Of a DNA stretch of 64,000 bases, positions 51,488 to 64,000 are shown in pieces; position 1 is the first letter of the stretch; every line of letters starts with the position of its first letter. The notes beneath the pieces were generated by a model that did not search any database, had not been told where the DNA came from, and saw nothing but the letters and a program-made list of their open reading frames with translations. The stretch is from positions 30,442,001-30,506,000 of the forward strand of contig NC_043007.1 in assembly GCF_006345805.1 (NCBI RefSeq), in the 5' to 3' direction. The stretch is from Octopus sinensis. Taxonomy: Eukaryota. The translations under genes were made by a program, and so were the position numbers.

Positions 51488-52953
51488 TACATACATACAT
51501 ATATATATATGTATGTATGTATGTAATGTATATTTATATAAATATGAACACAGGAGCACATAGGCGCGAAAACAAGAAGTAGAAAATGGCGCTCGAATAT
51601 CAATTGTTAAGTACAACTAAAATATATGAAAATAAAATAGAGTAAAATAAAACAAGGAAACCGTATTCCGAGCTTCATGAAATTGTCTGATAATTGTAGG
51701 ATGATTGGTTATGTGAGACTGGAAGTAACAGTTTGGGAAATAGTTTACATTCAGCAAACAAAACGCACGCATGCGCGCACAAGAGAGAGCGAGAGAGAGA
51801 AAGGGAGAGTGAAGAAGGAAGTGGGGATAAATGGAAGAGAAGTAGAGTTAAGAGCTATACACCCTTTAAAACGGTCTAATGCAGAATGCCAACTGTCAAT
51901 TGTTTTAGTTTTAGCTGTAAAATAGTTATTTGTACTCGTATGTTTCATTACATATCAAGAAAAACAACAATATATATTTATAGCTGTATATGGTCCAAGG
52001 AGCTCTCCACTTCTGGAGGTACATTTAGTTGTTAATGGTAAATTTATAGGAGCTCTGCCACCATTTTAGTTTCCACTTCGAAGTCTGAATTCGATCTGTT
52101 GGAATGATTTGTTGTACACAACCTGCAAGTTTATTAAATGTCAAAATAAATGAATTTATCTATCAGAAATGACGAATCAATTTTCGAAATAGAAGTGCAG
52201 AACATATTGATGTTTACGCAAATATTTGACTGGTGTCATCTCTGCGTCTCAACAGGAATCATATTTCTGCATACGTATAGAAGACCTCGAAGTACATTTA
52301 AACTCTATATTCTGTATTGGTTGTTAAGAAGTAAAGATTTTTCTGCGCTATTAATTATCTTTCGAATGCATATTTACAATATTATATCAACATTAGAGCT
52401 TAATTAGTTTGATCACTGATCTTCAACAACATACATAATCATTGTGTGTATTGAAACAAATATCTTTGCTGCTTTTAATTACATCGCTAGACTATTTAAC
52501 TCTTCGTTATTGTATTTTCAGCATATATATCTACACTATATTGATAAGTTCAAACTGCGATTAGCATCAGATATCTCATTGTGTGTATTTGTTCTAAATC
52601 AGAGGCGGGAAACAGCGAACACAAAAAATTATATGTTGCAACTATAAAAATAAATATTGATATTAACAGTTTGGTGAGTTGGCCAAATCTCGAATCGAAC
52701 CTGAATTAACGATATATTTCACAGGAAATAAACATCCTCGCTTGCTATAATGTGCACACATGGACTTAATAGTTCTTTATGTCTCACTAACTGTGAAATG
52801 CAGACTATCAAACAGCACGGTTTGTAATGGAGAATCGATTTTCGAGTATATTAAATATGATATAGAGAAACTTGAGATGGACATTTATAACAAACATTAT
52901 ACCGAGACGAAAAAACAGAAATCGCCTGCTTATCTCTCCATGTATCCATCCAT

Positions 52954-53007
<54 letters not shown>

Positions 53008-53008
<1 letters not shown>

Positions 53009-53190
53009 CTTTTATCCTTTTACCTGATTCAGTCATTTGACTGCGACCATGCTGGAGCACCGCCATTAATCTAATGAATCTATCCCAGGACTTATTCTTT
53101 GTAAACCTAGTACTTATTCTATCGACTCTTATGCCAAACCGCTAGTTTACAGGGAAGTAAACACACTAACATCGGTTGTCAAACGATGGA
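53008..53190 (-). mobile_element. Partial SINE family A (3' half)
   Basis: CAGTCATTTGACTGCGACCATGCTGGAGCACCGCC...CTAGTACTTATTCTATCG...CATCGGTTGTCAA. Confidence 0.8.
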
Positions 53191-53211
53191 GGATGTATTA
53201 ACACACACACG

Positions 53212-53253
<42 letters not shown>

Positions 53254-53496
53254 CTTACATATACATAAGGCATTTCATATCGGGTGCTGTGTGTGTGTGT
53301 GTGTAAATGTGTGAGCGTATATTTGTATATATTTATAAACATGTTCATATGTATATAATAAGAGAGAGGGAAAGACGGAGCGATACGCCTCCAAAAACGA
53401 AGACCAAATCAAGATGGACGTTTTGAACTATAATTAAAGTTCCACAGGCTGACCACATAACCGCATCGATACAAAACAATTGAAAAGAAGCCCCCT

Positions 53497-53529
<33 letters not shown>

Positions 53530-53766
53530 CTTTCTCCTTTCTAAGCAAAACAAAACATCCTCTTTTCGATTTGGATAAAGGCAAAGAAATTTTCTGCAAA
53601 ACTCTTCTGAAGGGTCTGTGTGAAGTGGACGAAGGCGCTAATAAAGAATTATCCAAAATTCTGACTACCTTTTCTTAATACATACGTATGTATGTATGCT
53701 GTATGTCATTATTCAGTTTTATTTCAAGACTTATGTATGTATGTTCATATACATATTTATATATAA

Positions 53767-54132
53767 ACTAGCAGTATCGCCCGGCGTTGCTCGGGTTTGT
53801 AAGGGAAATAACTATAAAGCATTTTTAGAGAGTTATAGCCAAAAAATGGAAAAAAAATGATGGTAATTTTTTTTGTGAGTTAAAGAGGTCGAGTTGCGTC
53901 CCCTAGACAGTCTGTGGTTTGTGTTTCTGATTCTCGACCCCATGTCGAATTTATCGATTTTTATCAGAACTGGGGGAACTTTTCAAAATTTTCACTGCGT
54001 TAGTTTTGAATTATGACATTGGGCTATGTGTGTGTCAAGTTTTATCAGAATCGGTTGAAAGCCGTGGTCAGGGTGAGGGTACAACCTCACAGACACACAG
54101 ACAAACAAACTGCCGTTTATATAGAGAGAGAT
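53767..54132 (+). mobile_element. Non-autonomous Helitron-type element (Lep1/HINE-like architecture)
   Basis: 5' ACTAGCAGTATCGCCCGGCGTTGCTCGGG with hairpin CCCG/CGGG; 3' block GTGTGTCAAGTTTTATCAGAATCGGTTGAAA...CACAGACACACAGACAAACAAACTGCCGTTTATATAGAGAGAGAT. Confidence 0.65.
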
Positions 54133-54516
54133 ACATATTGGATAATAAAATGGTTCTTTTTAATACTTTTCTCGATGTATTGCGTGTTCGTTTATCTGTT
54201 TTTTCTCATTTGTGATTTTATTTTTGATCTTCTATATAAATGAAGATTTATTTCCCTCCGTCTGGTTGCTTTTCTTTCTACAGAACGAGAAGTTACATTG
54301 CGGAACGGTCATTTTAACGAGTTGTATCTATTTATAACCCGACGAGAGCCATCTGCACTGCCGGATGCTCCTGGGACCAGTTGTTGAGTGCCCCACCCAT
54401 GAGGGATCGATGCTCGATGTGTTCAAAGAATTGTTGTGATTAATAAATTCTCGTATATTCAATCTTCCGTCTTTCATTTGCCGTATAGACACACACACAC
54501 ATATATATATATATAC

Positions 54517-54608
54517 CGGAGTAAGCAAATAAATGCGAAACAAGGTGGAAACAGCAGAAATATTACTCAGAGTTCCATTGTAACAAAACTGTCCAACGAA
54601 CGGGAACG
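54517..54608 (+). mobile_element. Rearranged relative of the 4698-4820 Penelope-like terminal repeat
   Basis: Shares CCGGAGTAA.CA.ATAAATG.GAAACAAGGTGGAAA and CAAAACTGTCC.ACGA.CGGGAACG with 4698-4770. Confidence 0.7.
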
Positions 54609-55428
54609 ATATTTCTGCCACAGTAAACACGGATTTGTACTTCGGCTGTGCGTACAATCACAAATGACCGACTGAATATACACCCATTGCACTACACTAA
54701 ATAGACTCCAGATCAAAACGAATTGCAGCTTCTGTGTTCGGTGAATGGTGAACTAATAACAACAGAGGTTATTGTGGTTCACTTCAAATGTTTCAGACGT
54801 GTTTTTATTCATCAATACATAACAGGTGTGAAACAGCTGTAGGGAACCACAGTCTATCTTATTTGTTTACACACTCACAGACACACATATATATATATAT
54901 ATATAAACATGGAGAAACATGGAGTCTTTTATACGAATTAGATTTAAAATTTAAACCTGTTTAATTTCGATCTACTCGCCACTATATTGGTATGTATAGA
55001 ATTACATTTTGCAGCGATCGTGAAGAACTATATTTGTAGCAATATCTAATTAGGATTGTTCTGCGTCGAGGTTACACTATTTCCTGCAGTATTGTACATC
55101 TTTTATTGACTGAAGAACTCTTCATAGTTAGAGAAGATTTCATTATTATTTGCGAGAGAAACTTATTACTGTAAGTAAATCTCGTTGGAATTGGTTTTAC
55201 GTGGGAATTTTCAATTTTGGAATCGGAAGTTGGATAGAAATTCTAAACTGAATAACATACATTTGTAGTTCTCTCTCCACCACTCATTCTCCTTCTATCT
55301 TTCTCTCTATCGATCTATCTATCTATGAAACGTACTTACATGTATATTTAGACTCCTACACACAAAAACACATGCACGCACAAATACACACATACATGCA
55401 TAAATGTATGCATACATACATACACACA

Positions 55429-55463
<35 letters not shown>

Positions 55464-55468
55464 GCACG

Positions 55469-55512
<44 letters not shown>

Positions 55513-56788
55513 AATGCATTTATGTATGGGTTTGTGCGTGCTTATAAACAGATGAGGTGGATTTCAATGAATGTAATAGAGAGTAGATGTGCTTATTTAC
55601 CGTGATTTTATTCCCAGGTTTACGTTTCAGCTTATGAATAAAAGCACCAGAAATTCTAAACGCATTCATATAGTCACTAACAAACCAAAATATTCTATAT
55701 CAAATGAATAGATCCTACACTAAAAAGACTGTTTAACACCACAAGAAAAATATAAAGAATTCAATCCATGGTACAATGAAATATAAACACTAGTAAGTCA
55801 TCTTAAGATACGAGAATAACTTGCTAAATCCAGCAACTCTACTTTCTAGAATTTAGTAATATTATCGGTCTTTTATTTTTCGATCATATTTTCTAAAGAA
55901 GGATCTTCAAAACGAGTTGCATATGTTTATAAAAAACGTATTAAAATAGACGGAAATTTAAAGATCAAATGTAGCCCCACAAAATAAGATAACTTAAAGG
56001 AGAAAATATAATGCAACATATTTGCTTGGTGGAAGAACATCCAGCATAGAAACTTTTTAAAAAAACACATCCTCTACATCCAGGTGTCACAACACGCTTT
56101 CTTTAAACTAGATCTGTGACATTTTGCATACTCAAAATCTCAACACTTTGAAGCCCAAGTAAACAGAGATGAATATCAAAAGTTGGGACCGATGAAATAA
56201 TCTTTGTGTATGTAATTTTAAGAATAATATATATTGTCCACTCGGCAGTAATTGTTTACGCAAACAAACATAAAAAAGAAATGCATCACTTTCACGAAAT
56301 GTTTGGTATCTAAAAGAGAAACGCACTGGAAATATTAAAAATAAATAAAAAAAACATATTAGTTAATGAAATTAGAACTCTATATTTAATTTGCATTTAG
56401 ATATGTTAGCTCTGTCGAACTAAAAAAGAAAACATAACTTTCAAAGGCTGGTGGTAAAGAAGCTGAGTAGAAAGTCTAATGAAAATCCCACATGTAAATA
56501 TGAGAACATGTATCAATCTATTAAAACGAAATTACAGAGTGTCATGGATTTAGCAACAGTTACTTTTTAATGCCTACATCTATACATATACATGTATGTA
56601 TTTATGTATACACACATGAGGGCACACGCGCACACATACATATATACATACATACATACACAATCACACACACACAGAGGGAAGTAGAGAAAAATATGTT
56701 TGCTTGTTCCTCTATATATTTCAGATAGAAACATCGTGAAAATGATTCTCTCTCTCTTTCTCTCTCCCTCCCTCATGCACAAACAGAA

Positions 56789-56852
<64 letters not shown>

Positions 56853-57150
56853 ATTTTTCCTTGGAGTTTATCATGTCTCTTTTCTCATTCTTGCTTCCTA
56901 TAATCTCCTTAGTTCCTTATGAATCGCAATGTCCCGTTCTTCCTTCTCTCTCTCTCTTCCCCTTTTTGTTTTATATTGATAATTCTATTTCATATTACAA
57001 GCTTTCCTTTCAGTCTGTCAACATCGATATATCTCAAACCATCTGGCCGACAGAAGAATTTTCTTTCACACGATGTAAAGTCCTCGTTCTTTATTGAAAC
57101 ATCTTTGTACTGTCCCACATCGGTCGATGTTGAGTAAAAACAAAGAGATA

Positions 57151-57335
57151 GGCGAAATGCTTAGCGGTATTTCGTCTGTCGTTACGTTCTGAGTTCAAAT
57201 TCCCCCGAGGTCGACTTTGCCTTTCATCCTTTCGGGGTAGATAAATTAAGTACCGGTTGCATACTGAGGTCGATCCAATCGACTGGCCCCTCTCCCAAAA
57301 ATTTTGGGTCTTGTGCCTAGAGTAGAAAAGATCAT
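57151..57335 (+). mobile_element. SINE family B, 5'-trimmed monomer
   Basis: GGCGAAATGCTTAGCGGTATTTCGTC...GAGTTCAAATTCC...GTCGACTTTGCCTTTCATCCTTTCGGGG...CCTAGAGTAGAAAAGA. Confidence 0.88.
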
Positions 57336-57348
57336 TGTTATTATTGTA

Positions 57349-57389
<41 letters not shown>

Positions 57390-57610
57390 CGCCTTTCCAG
57401 TACTTCTAACGCTGGAGATGTACTACAATGGAACCGCTCGAATACTCCGAAAGGAGTATTCGAGCGCTTCCAAGCAGTGCTGTTTTCTGCAAGTGCTCCA
57501 CCCTTATTACAACCCCTATTTGTTCCATGTATTTCTCAAGATTTTTACCCACTGTTCCCAGAGCTCCGACAATTATTGTTACTACTAGCACCTTTTCATC
57601 GACCACAACC
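57390..57610 (-). mobile_element. R4/Dong-type element 3' end with fold-back rearrangement, abutting (TAA)n
   Basis: ORF 57406-57606: VVTIIVGALGTVGKNLEKYMEQIGVVIRVEHLQKTALLGSARIL; (ATT)n array at 57340-57389. Confidence 0.85.
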
Positions 57611-57703
57611 GCTTAACCTCCCAAGCTAACCTGTTATATCTCTCGACTTTTCTTTCTTCCTTATCGTACACCTTTATTATTATTATTATTATCATTATTA
57701 TTA

Positions 57704-57815
57704 TGGCGGTGAGATGGCAGAATCGTTAGCATGCCGGACGAAATGAATACCGGCATTCCGTCCGTATTTTCTTTCTAAGTTCCATTTCCATCGGCATCGA
57801 CCTTGCCTTTCGTTA
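57704..57815 (+). mobile_element. SINE family B head only
   Basis: GGCGGTGAGATGGCAGAATCGTTAGCATGCCGGACGAAATG...CGACCTTGCCTTTC. Confidence 0.7.
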
Positions 57816-58839
57816 TTGAATCCTGAGGAGCTATTCTGTTGATTTAAGAGAGTCTTGCGCGAGATGGGTTTTCCTCTTAGAAGAGCAATTTTGGGGGCAG
57901 TAGGTAGAGTTGTGTGCCCTGGTAATGGCTTCTGTAATTGCTTTTATATTATTTTTCATCATGTTTTGTGCTCCAATTACAAATGTTATCTTTCATCTAC
58001 TAAATTTTTAATACTTCATTTTTAAGCTACTTCTATTTTGATAGTTCGTCCACTTGTTTTCCGGCAACATTTTCAGTAGGAATGATTGCGATTATTATTA
58101 TTATTATTATTATTATTAGAATCGTCTTTGTTGTTATCATCCTCCCCTTCCTCATTATTCATTTATCTATTTATTATTATTATTACTTTTAATCTGGTTT
58201 ACAAAAGGTTATTTTGTATGTTTTCTCTGGCGTCGATGGTTTCATGTTTCGAAGATTTCTTTTCTAAAACAAAATTTGGTATTTCACGTGCGTGGCTTGT
58301 GCAAAAGGATTCTGGAGTTTTTGCAATTAATTTTGAACCATTCTGAATAAAGAAAATAGTTAAATCCAAATTCATTTCCATTGAAACCTGTTTTCATTCT
58401 CTTCGTTACAGTTGACGTCATTTCCATATTAACATCTTGTGGAGCTGAATGAATAGTTTCACTTTTTCCTGTCCTTTTCTTTTTTTATTTGTCGTGTTGC
58501 CCCATTTTTACAAAACAAATAATTTCTTTTTGGCGCTTTTTTTCGTAAAATACTATTATATTTTAACATTTAAAAAATTGTTTTGGCTTGACATGATTTC
58601 TAATCATCTGAACCAAACAACTAAGAAAACTACAAAAAGCAAAAATTCTACGAACAAAGAATAGAAAAACATAAGCGACCATTCGTTGCACAGAGTCGTG
58701 CACGTTTTGAAAATGGAATATCTTACCTTTTCAGTAATAATAAAGATTTCTTTTTCATTGCTCCAGGAGCATCAAATAAGGGGAACATTACAACGACAAT
58801 TTTGATAACAACGACAACAGCAATAGCATAGGTTTCTGT

Positions 58840-59035
58840 TATAGGCAGAAGGCCAGTAATTCTTTATGGCGCGGTTGGCAGGTCAATCGATTGTATCGAC
58901 TCAATTCTTGAGGGCAACCAAGTTTTACGGACCGCGAAAGGATAAGATGCAATGCTGACCTCAAGATAATTTGGACTCCGAACGTAGGATCCAAAAGGAA
59001 TATCAGAAACCATTTTGTCCGACGTTCTAACGATT
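58840..59035 (-). mobile_element. Highly degraded SINE family B copy
   Basis: ATAGGCAGAAGGCC...CAATCGATTGTATCGAC...GAAAGGATAAGATGCAATGCTGACCTC...TTTGGACTCCGAACGTA...TGTCCGACGTTCTAACGATTCT. Confidence 0.55.
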
Positions 59036-59499
59036 CTATGAATTGAGCGAAATTTAAATGAAATTTATAAGGACAATAATTTCTTTTTTTCTATTTGCCA
59101 CAAATGATTAAAAAGGAATACAATTGATTCGCACTTGATTCCCAACAAGGGACATTTGTGGAAAAAATGGGGAGGGGGAAATGTACTACACAGAAGGGGA
59201 TTTAAGAGTGTGATGGGGGAATCTTTTTCAGGACAATGTCATCGGGTTTACTCACCTGGAATACGGAATGCGAGTTACAAATTTGACAGCCTGTTATTGA
59301 AGAGGGTTTAGTAGCCGATGATGCACACACAGAAAGACAGATATTATTGAGAATGCTACGAATATTCTTTAGAACTGGGCACACAATTTGGTACGGTAGA
59401 TCTGCCGTGGAAACTGAAGCAAAGAGGCCATCCATTTAAGAGGCATTCTATTTAAGAATGGAGATTTCAATTTGATAGCAACGCATATTAACATGGGTG

Positions 59500-59828
59500 C
59501 GACGAAGGTAAGGACGATGAAGGTCATAAAAAGTTGGCGTTTCTCATATCGGCGGATCCTTTGTGCTTTGGCAAGGAGATCTTGCTTTAGCTGTTCTTTT
59601 ACCTCAAGTATACTTTCTTCTATAATTTTGTATTTCCGTAATATTTTTCTTCTTGTTACTTAATAGTGTCGATTGTCTAATTTCGTTCAGGATCGACAGA
59701 TCCTTTCTCATATTTTCTATATTTTTTCTGCACATAATTTATCCACAGGGTTTGTTTGGGTGGTGAGCTCCTGTTCAGATGGATTTTAGGGAGTATCTAG
59801 CTACTTCTGTGGCCACAGATGCTGCTGC
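59500..59828 (-). pseudogene. R4/Dong-type ORF N-terminal region fragment
   Basis: Minus frames AAASVATEV / LWINYVQKK-IENMRKDLSILNEI / LRKYKIIEESILEVKEQLKQDLLAKAQRIRRYEKRQ, matching the pre-RT LKQxxxAKAxRIRRYxKR motif of R4/Dong ORFs. Confidence 0.8.
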
Positions 59829-60461
59829 ATATATATAATTTAGTCTATTATATCATATATTATTAATATTATTAATATTATTATTATTATTATTATTAAT
59901 ATTATTATTATCGTCGTTGTCATTATAATCAACACTATTGTAGTTTTTGTCATCGCCGTCGTTTTATATTCTTGTTTTAATCTCTCATCTATCATCTCGG
60001 GAATTTCAGATGACAAATTCATCTTGCCATATTCTTCAGCGCATATTTTTAATAATAATGTGTGTTTGCGTGTGTGTCGAATTGGTGCGACGTGTGTGTG
60101 ATTGTGCATCGATACGTGTTTGTATGATAGTGTTTGTTTCTGAGAGCGATATCAATGCGACACTGCGCTTCAGCGTCACACTGTGTGTTTGTGTCCGCGC
60201 GAGTTTCTATGCATGCGTCGACGCATTTTCACGTGTCATGTCTATGATTGTTTATTTGTGTGCGTATATATGTGTATGTGCTTCACTACACGTGTATGTG
60301 TGTACCACAGATATTATTATGTATGCGCGAGAGAATACGTATACGTGTAACTATGTGCCAACTGTGTGGTTGTATATGTGTTTGTGAGAGTCACGCATGA
60401 ACGTGTGTTCAACGTGTTGCGCGAATGTGTGAGTGACAAGAGCCATTGTTTGCTTTTTGCA

Positions 60462-60683
60462 TTTTGCTTGTTTCATACATTAAGACACCGCCCATGCAGG
60501 GGCACCACATTACAGAATTTTAGTCGAAAGAATGGACTTCTTACCTACCATCTTCTTAAAAGCCCGGTACCTACATCATCGTCATTTTTTGCCGATCCGC
60601 TAAGTTATGGGAACGTAAGCAAAGCGATACCCGTTGTCAAGCGGTGATGGGGAACAAACACAAAGACACACATACATCAGCAT

Positions 60684-60727
<44 letters not shown>

Positions 60728-60895
60728 CTATGAATATATGTATATATGTATATACATGTCTGCCAAAATCTACTTACAATTTTTGGCTGGCCTAAGGCTA
60801 TGGTAGAAGACACTTGCGAAAGGTGCCACGCAGTGGGACTGATCCCAGAACCCCGTGGTTGAGAGGCAAACTCCTTACCACACATCCACTCCTAC
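60462..60895 (-). mobile_element. Diverged SINE family A, near full length
   Basis: TGTTTCATACATTAAGACACCGCCCATGCAGGGGCACCAC...GGTGCCACGCAGTGGGACTGATCCCAGAACC...TTACCACACATCCACTCCTAC. Confidence 0.8.
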
Positions 60896-61672
60896 TCTCA
60901 TAGATAGAATGTATGTGTATGTGAGGATATAATATACCTGATTATGTGTGCGTATGTCTATGTGAAAAGAGCCTGTCTACATGTAACATGTGCATGTATT
61001 CACGCGCTCACATTTCATAAGATGTACATATGTACGTGCAGATGTATTTTTATGTGTGTATGTGTTATATAGTAATTTTGTGTGTGTGTGTGTGTGTGCA
61101 TGCAGTAGTCTGCATAGAAGTGTGGTGTCTGTGTACATGCGCGTGTGTGAATATCTGCTCTTTCCTAAGCATTATTTCGTGTGTCCGCGTATTTTTGTGT
61201 ACGCGTGTAAGTGTGGGTGTGTGTATGCATGTTCATATATGTGACTGAGTCTGTGGTAGTTGAGAGGAAGCGGCGAGGCCAACAAATAAAGTCCTAATGC
61301 CGTTGATGAATGAGATATTAGCCAATCGGACGTAATACTTGGCAGTCATGTGATCAATCATGGATGAGACATTCGGCTAATGGCAACGTTTGAGAGCGTT
61401 GCCACTGATGTTTGCTTTCAACGTCTTGGCACAATGGAGTTCGTCCGTCTCTGTGCATGTATGTATACATGTATACACGTATGTGTCTGTTTGAAATTCT
61501 TGCTTTAAGTCAAGGCGATACTTGAGATTTGTTAATATCTGAATTAATGAGTGCAGACACACAGACACGCACACACACAAACATGTATAATCCTATATAT
61601 ATATACGTAGATGTATGTATACATACATATATACACACATGTATATACACACATGTATATACACACATGTAT

Positions 61673-61711
<39 letters not shown>

Positions 61712-61835
61712 GAGAGAGAGAGAGAGGGAGAGAGAGAGAGAGAGATGTAAGCAGAAAAAATGGAGCTCAAACTATGAGTACATGTATATTTTTATTAATA
61801 TTTAGCAAAAGTAATATATATATATATATATATAT

Positions 61836-61871
<36 letters not shown>

Positions 61872-61896
61872 GAGAAAGAAGAGAGAGACTGAGAAA

Positions 61897-61943
<47 letters not shown>

Positions 61944-62299
61944 GGGGGATGTATATTCGTATATATGTATGCGTGTGGGAATATAGTTGTGTGTGGTGGA
62001 TGTATGTAATGGCTGTTCAGGTCTGTTTAGAATGAACGGGGGTGGACATGTATCTGCGTATGTCTTGTTGTTATTTATATACGTGAATGTGTACGCCATA
62101 AGCTGGAGTGAATCTGTTCATTGCAAGAAAGTCAATTGAAGAATCTGCGGAATGTTTTATAAGTTTTGATTCTCAACCAAAATCCGATCGGATTTCAAGG
62201 ATGCCAATCAGTTTTCTTTGTCTTTTCTTGGAAAAGACACCATTTCAAAGCTTTTGAGTAAATCTTTTGTTACACCGACTTCCTCTATTAAAATACATA

Positions 62300-63300
62300 A
62301 TATCGAAAATCCAAAGCGTGGATTAAAGAGATGAGATTTTCTCCAAGGTTCTCCGTAGACGTTCGCAGACATTCACAATACTTTGCAGCTGACCTCTGTA
62401 AAGATGTGTGATTTTTATTCCCTCTTCCATAGATTAAGGTTTTTGTATGTGTATAGGGTTGCTGTTTTAATAAGAATCCCCCACCAATCCTTGTCTTTAA
62501 ACATGTGGTTATATTCGGGATCTGGTGTGCCTTTCTGTGGATAGCGTTGGGAAATGTTTTAGTAACAATGTGAAGTCTTGCGAAAACATAAAACCTGCTA
62601 AAATATTTGGGAGTCTGCTGAAGATGGAGAGTGATATCCTCTCCGCTACAATCAACATTTTGTGCCATTCTTTTGCTCTTATTCATCAGGTATTTAGTAA
62701 ATGTCTCCTGTTTTTAGGTACCATAGACGTACCCTTCGACGTAGAATGTGTCCTTTCTATCAGACAAAAATTCTAAGATGATGTTGTTGCTGCTGCTGTT
62801 TCTGTTATTACTTTTTGCTGTAGACCAAAGTCTTGATTGAACAAACACTGAAAGTCATTCCATGCATGGCCATCTCATCTGAGTTATAAGTATTTTTAAG
62901 ATCCCATTTTGTAAAGATGATATGGTATAATTTGTGTGAGGTTGCCTCGCTGTTTCTATTATATGATGCGTCTCCTTGTTTTGCTGTAAACCTAAACCAA
63001 CGCTTGGTTTAACACCATTATATGGTCCGCAGATGTATGTAGTAGTTTCCAGCCCGTCACTAACATTCAAGCTTGACCACTCCCTTGAGAACAGCATCTG
63101 CCAACAATCTCAGAGGCCCTGCAAAACAGTCGATCCTGGTACCACTTTTAATGTGTTACCACTTTGTCTGTTAATGACAGCCAAGTACACCAGTAAAGAA
63201 CATGGCGGATTTAATAGGAAGTCTCTGTAATTATTCTCTTTCTCGCCGTTCTTGAAAGAATTAATTACATCCGCAACACTTGACTCTTAGAACAGTACAT
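62300..63300 (-). pseudogene. Possible heavily decayed LINE reverse transcriptase
   Basis: Minus-strand pieces in RT order: FKNGEKENNYR (cf. KGDxxxxxNYR), FTKWDLKNTYNS (cf. DLxxAFDS), CSGEDITL (cf. YADDIxL); many stops and frameshifts. Confidence 0.35.
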
Positions 63301-63554
63301 AGTTCTTTTCTATATGAAGTACTTTGCGCTGGCAATAAATAGAATTTTAATGGAAATACCCCACAAACAGGTGTTATGGTGAGACAAACATACTTCTTAA
63401 ATATGAGTGATATTTTGTTTATCTCAGAGAAGTCTTTCTCATGAATTCCACTGATCTTCTGTATTGTTTTCGCAATATCAGTATGCTGCAAAGGAAGCTA
63501 GGATCGTAATGACATTTTAGGCCGATATTACATTTTCATGCGTCCCATATGTGT

Positions 63555-63846
63555 AGGCAGGGATGTCAGTGTGGTAAGATGTTTGTTTTCCAATTATATG
63601 TTTCCGGGTTCTGATGTGGTTCTATGGGCAAGTGTCTTCTGCTATAGCCCCGGGGTCTTGTAAGTGAATTTGGGTGGCGGACTGAAAGAAGCCTAGCATG
63701 TGTGTGCTTATGTATATATGTATGTGCCTGTGTTTGTACCATGCCACCTCACCACTGGTGTTGGTTTGTTTAAGTCCCTATAAGTTAGTGCTTCAGCAAA
63801 AGTGACTGAGCATGGGCGCTGTCCAATGATTGAAACAAGTTAAACA
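63555..63846 (+). mobile_element. Diverged SINE family A with internal deletions
   Basis: GTGTGGTAAG...CCGGGTTCTG...GGGCAAGTGTCTTCTGCTATAGCCCCGGG...CTGAAAGAAGCC...ATGATTGAAACAAGT. Confidence 0.75.
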
Positions 63847-63885
63847 AACAATATATGTGAATGAATAAGTTTGTACGTATGTATG

Positions 63886-64000
63886 TATGTCATTATTCAG
63901 TTTTATTTCAACATCTCTTCCCAATAGAGAGCTGGTTTCTAACCCAGGTCCAAGGATCCTTCATTGGAATTTGAACATTAGCAACAAAGTAGTTTTGTTA
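63886..64000 (+). repeat. Family F repeat, running off the window edge
   Basis: Homologous to the reverse complement of 4945-5031. Confidence 0.7.

Noticed and set aside
53546-53677. Plus-strand exon candidate KTKHPLFDLDKGKEIFCKTLLKGLCEVDEGANKELSKILTTFS*
   Set aside because: The acceptor pyrimidine tract comes from an adjacent (CT)n repeat; no recognisable homology or supporting upstream exons.
57014-57074. Plus-strand mini-exon candidate SVNIDISQTIWPTEEFSFTR
   Set aside because: All three frames are open or nearly so over such a short span, the donor is mediocre and no motif is recognised.
62618-62645. CTGAAGA followed by a 7-bp hairpin (TGGAGAG/CTCTCCG) as a hammerhead
   Set aside because: No GAAA after the hairpin and no stem I/III.

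Overview
This is AT-rich eukaryotic (animal) genomic DNA, saturated with microsatellites ((TA)n, (CA)n, (GA)n, (GATA)n, (TAA)n) and short interspersed repeats. The repeat repertoire resembles what I recall from octopod cephalopod genomes; that taxon call is inference and was not verified. I could not confidently identify any intact protein-coding gene, rRNA, true tRNA gene or CRISPR array, and nearly all ORFs in the supplied track are microsatellite read-through. Supportable features: (i) at least four tRNA-headed SINE families, labelled A-D here, mostly on the minus strand; (ii) decayed LINE fragments: CR1/L2-group RT and 3' end, an RTE 3' end, and six R4/Dong-type restriction-like-endonuclease fragments, several abutting (TAA)n arrays; (iii) mariner, DD37D/maT-like and pogo/Tigger relics plus two Helitron-type non-autonomous elements; (iv) Penelope-like relics. 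The most notable structured signals are a canonical-core type I hammerhead ribozyme (20474-20533, minus), a second fully foldable hammerhead with a CCGACGA (U4C) core (4745-4793, plus), two copies of a fold-back element carrying a hammerhead-like motif in each arm, an orphan 40-bp-arm hairpin (23592-23705), and a ~540-bp element embedded in (TAA)n at both of its copies. A few candidate exons are reported at low confidence only.
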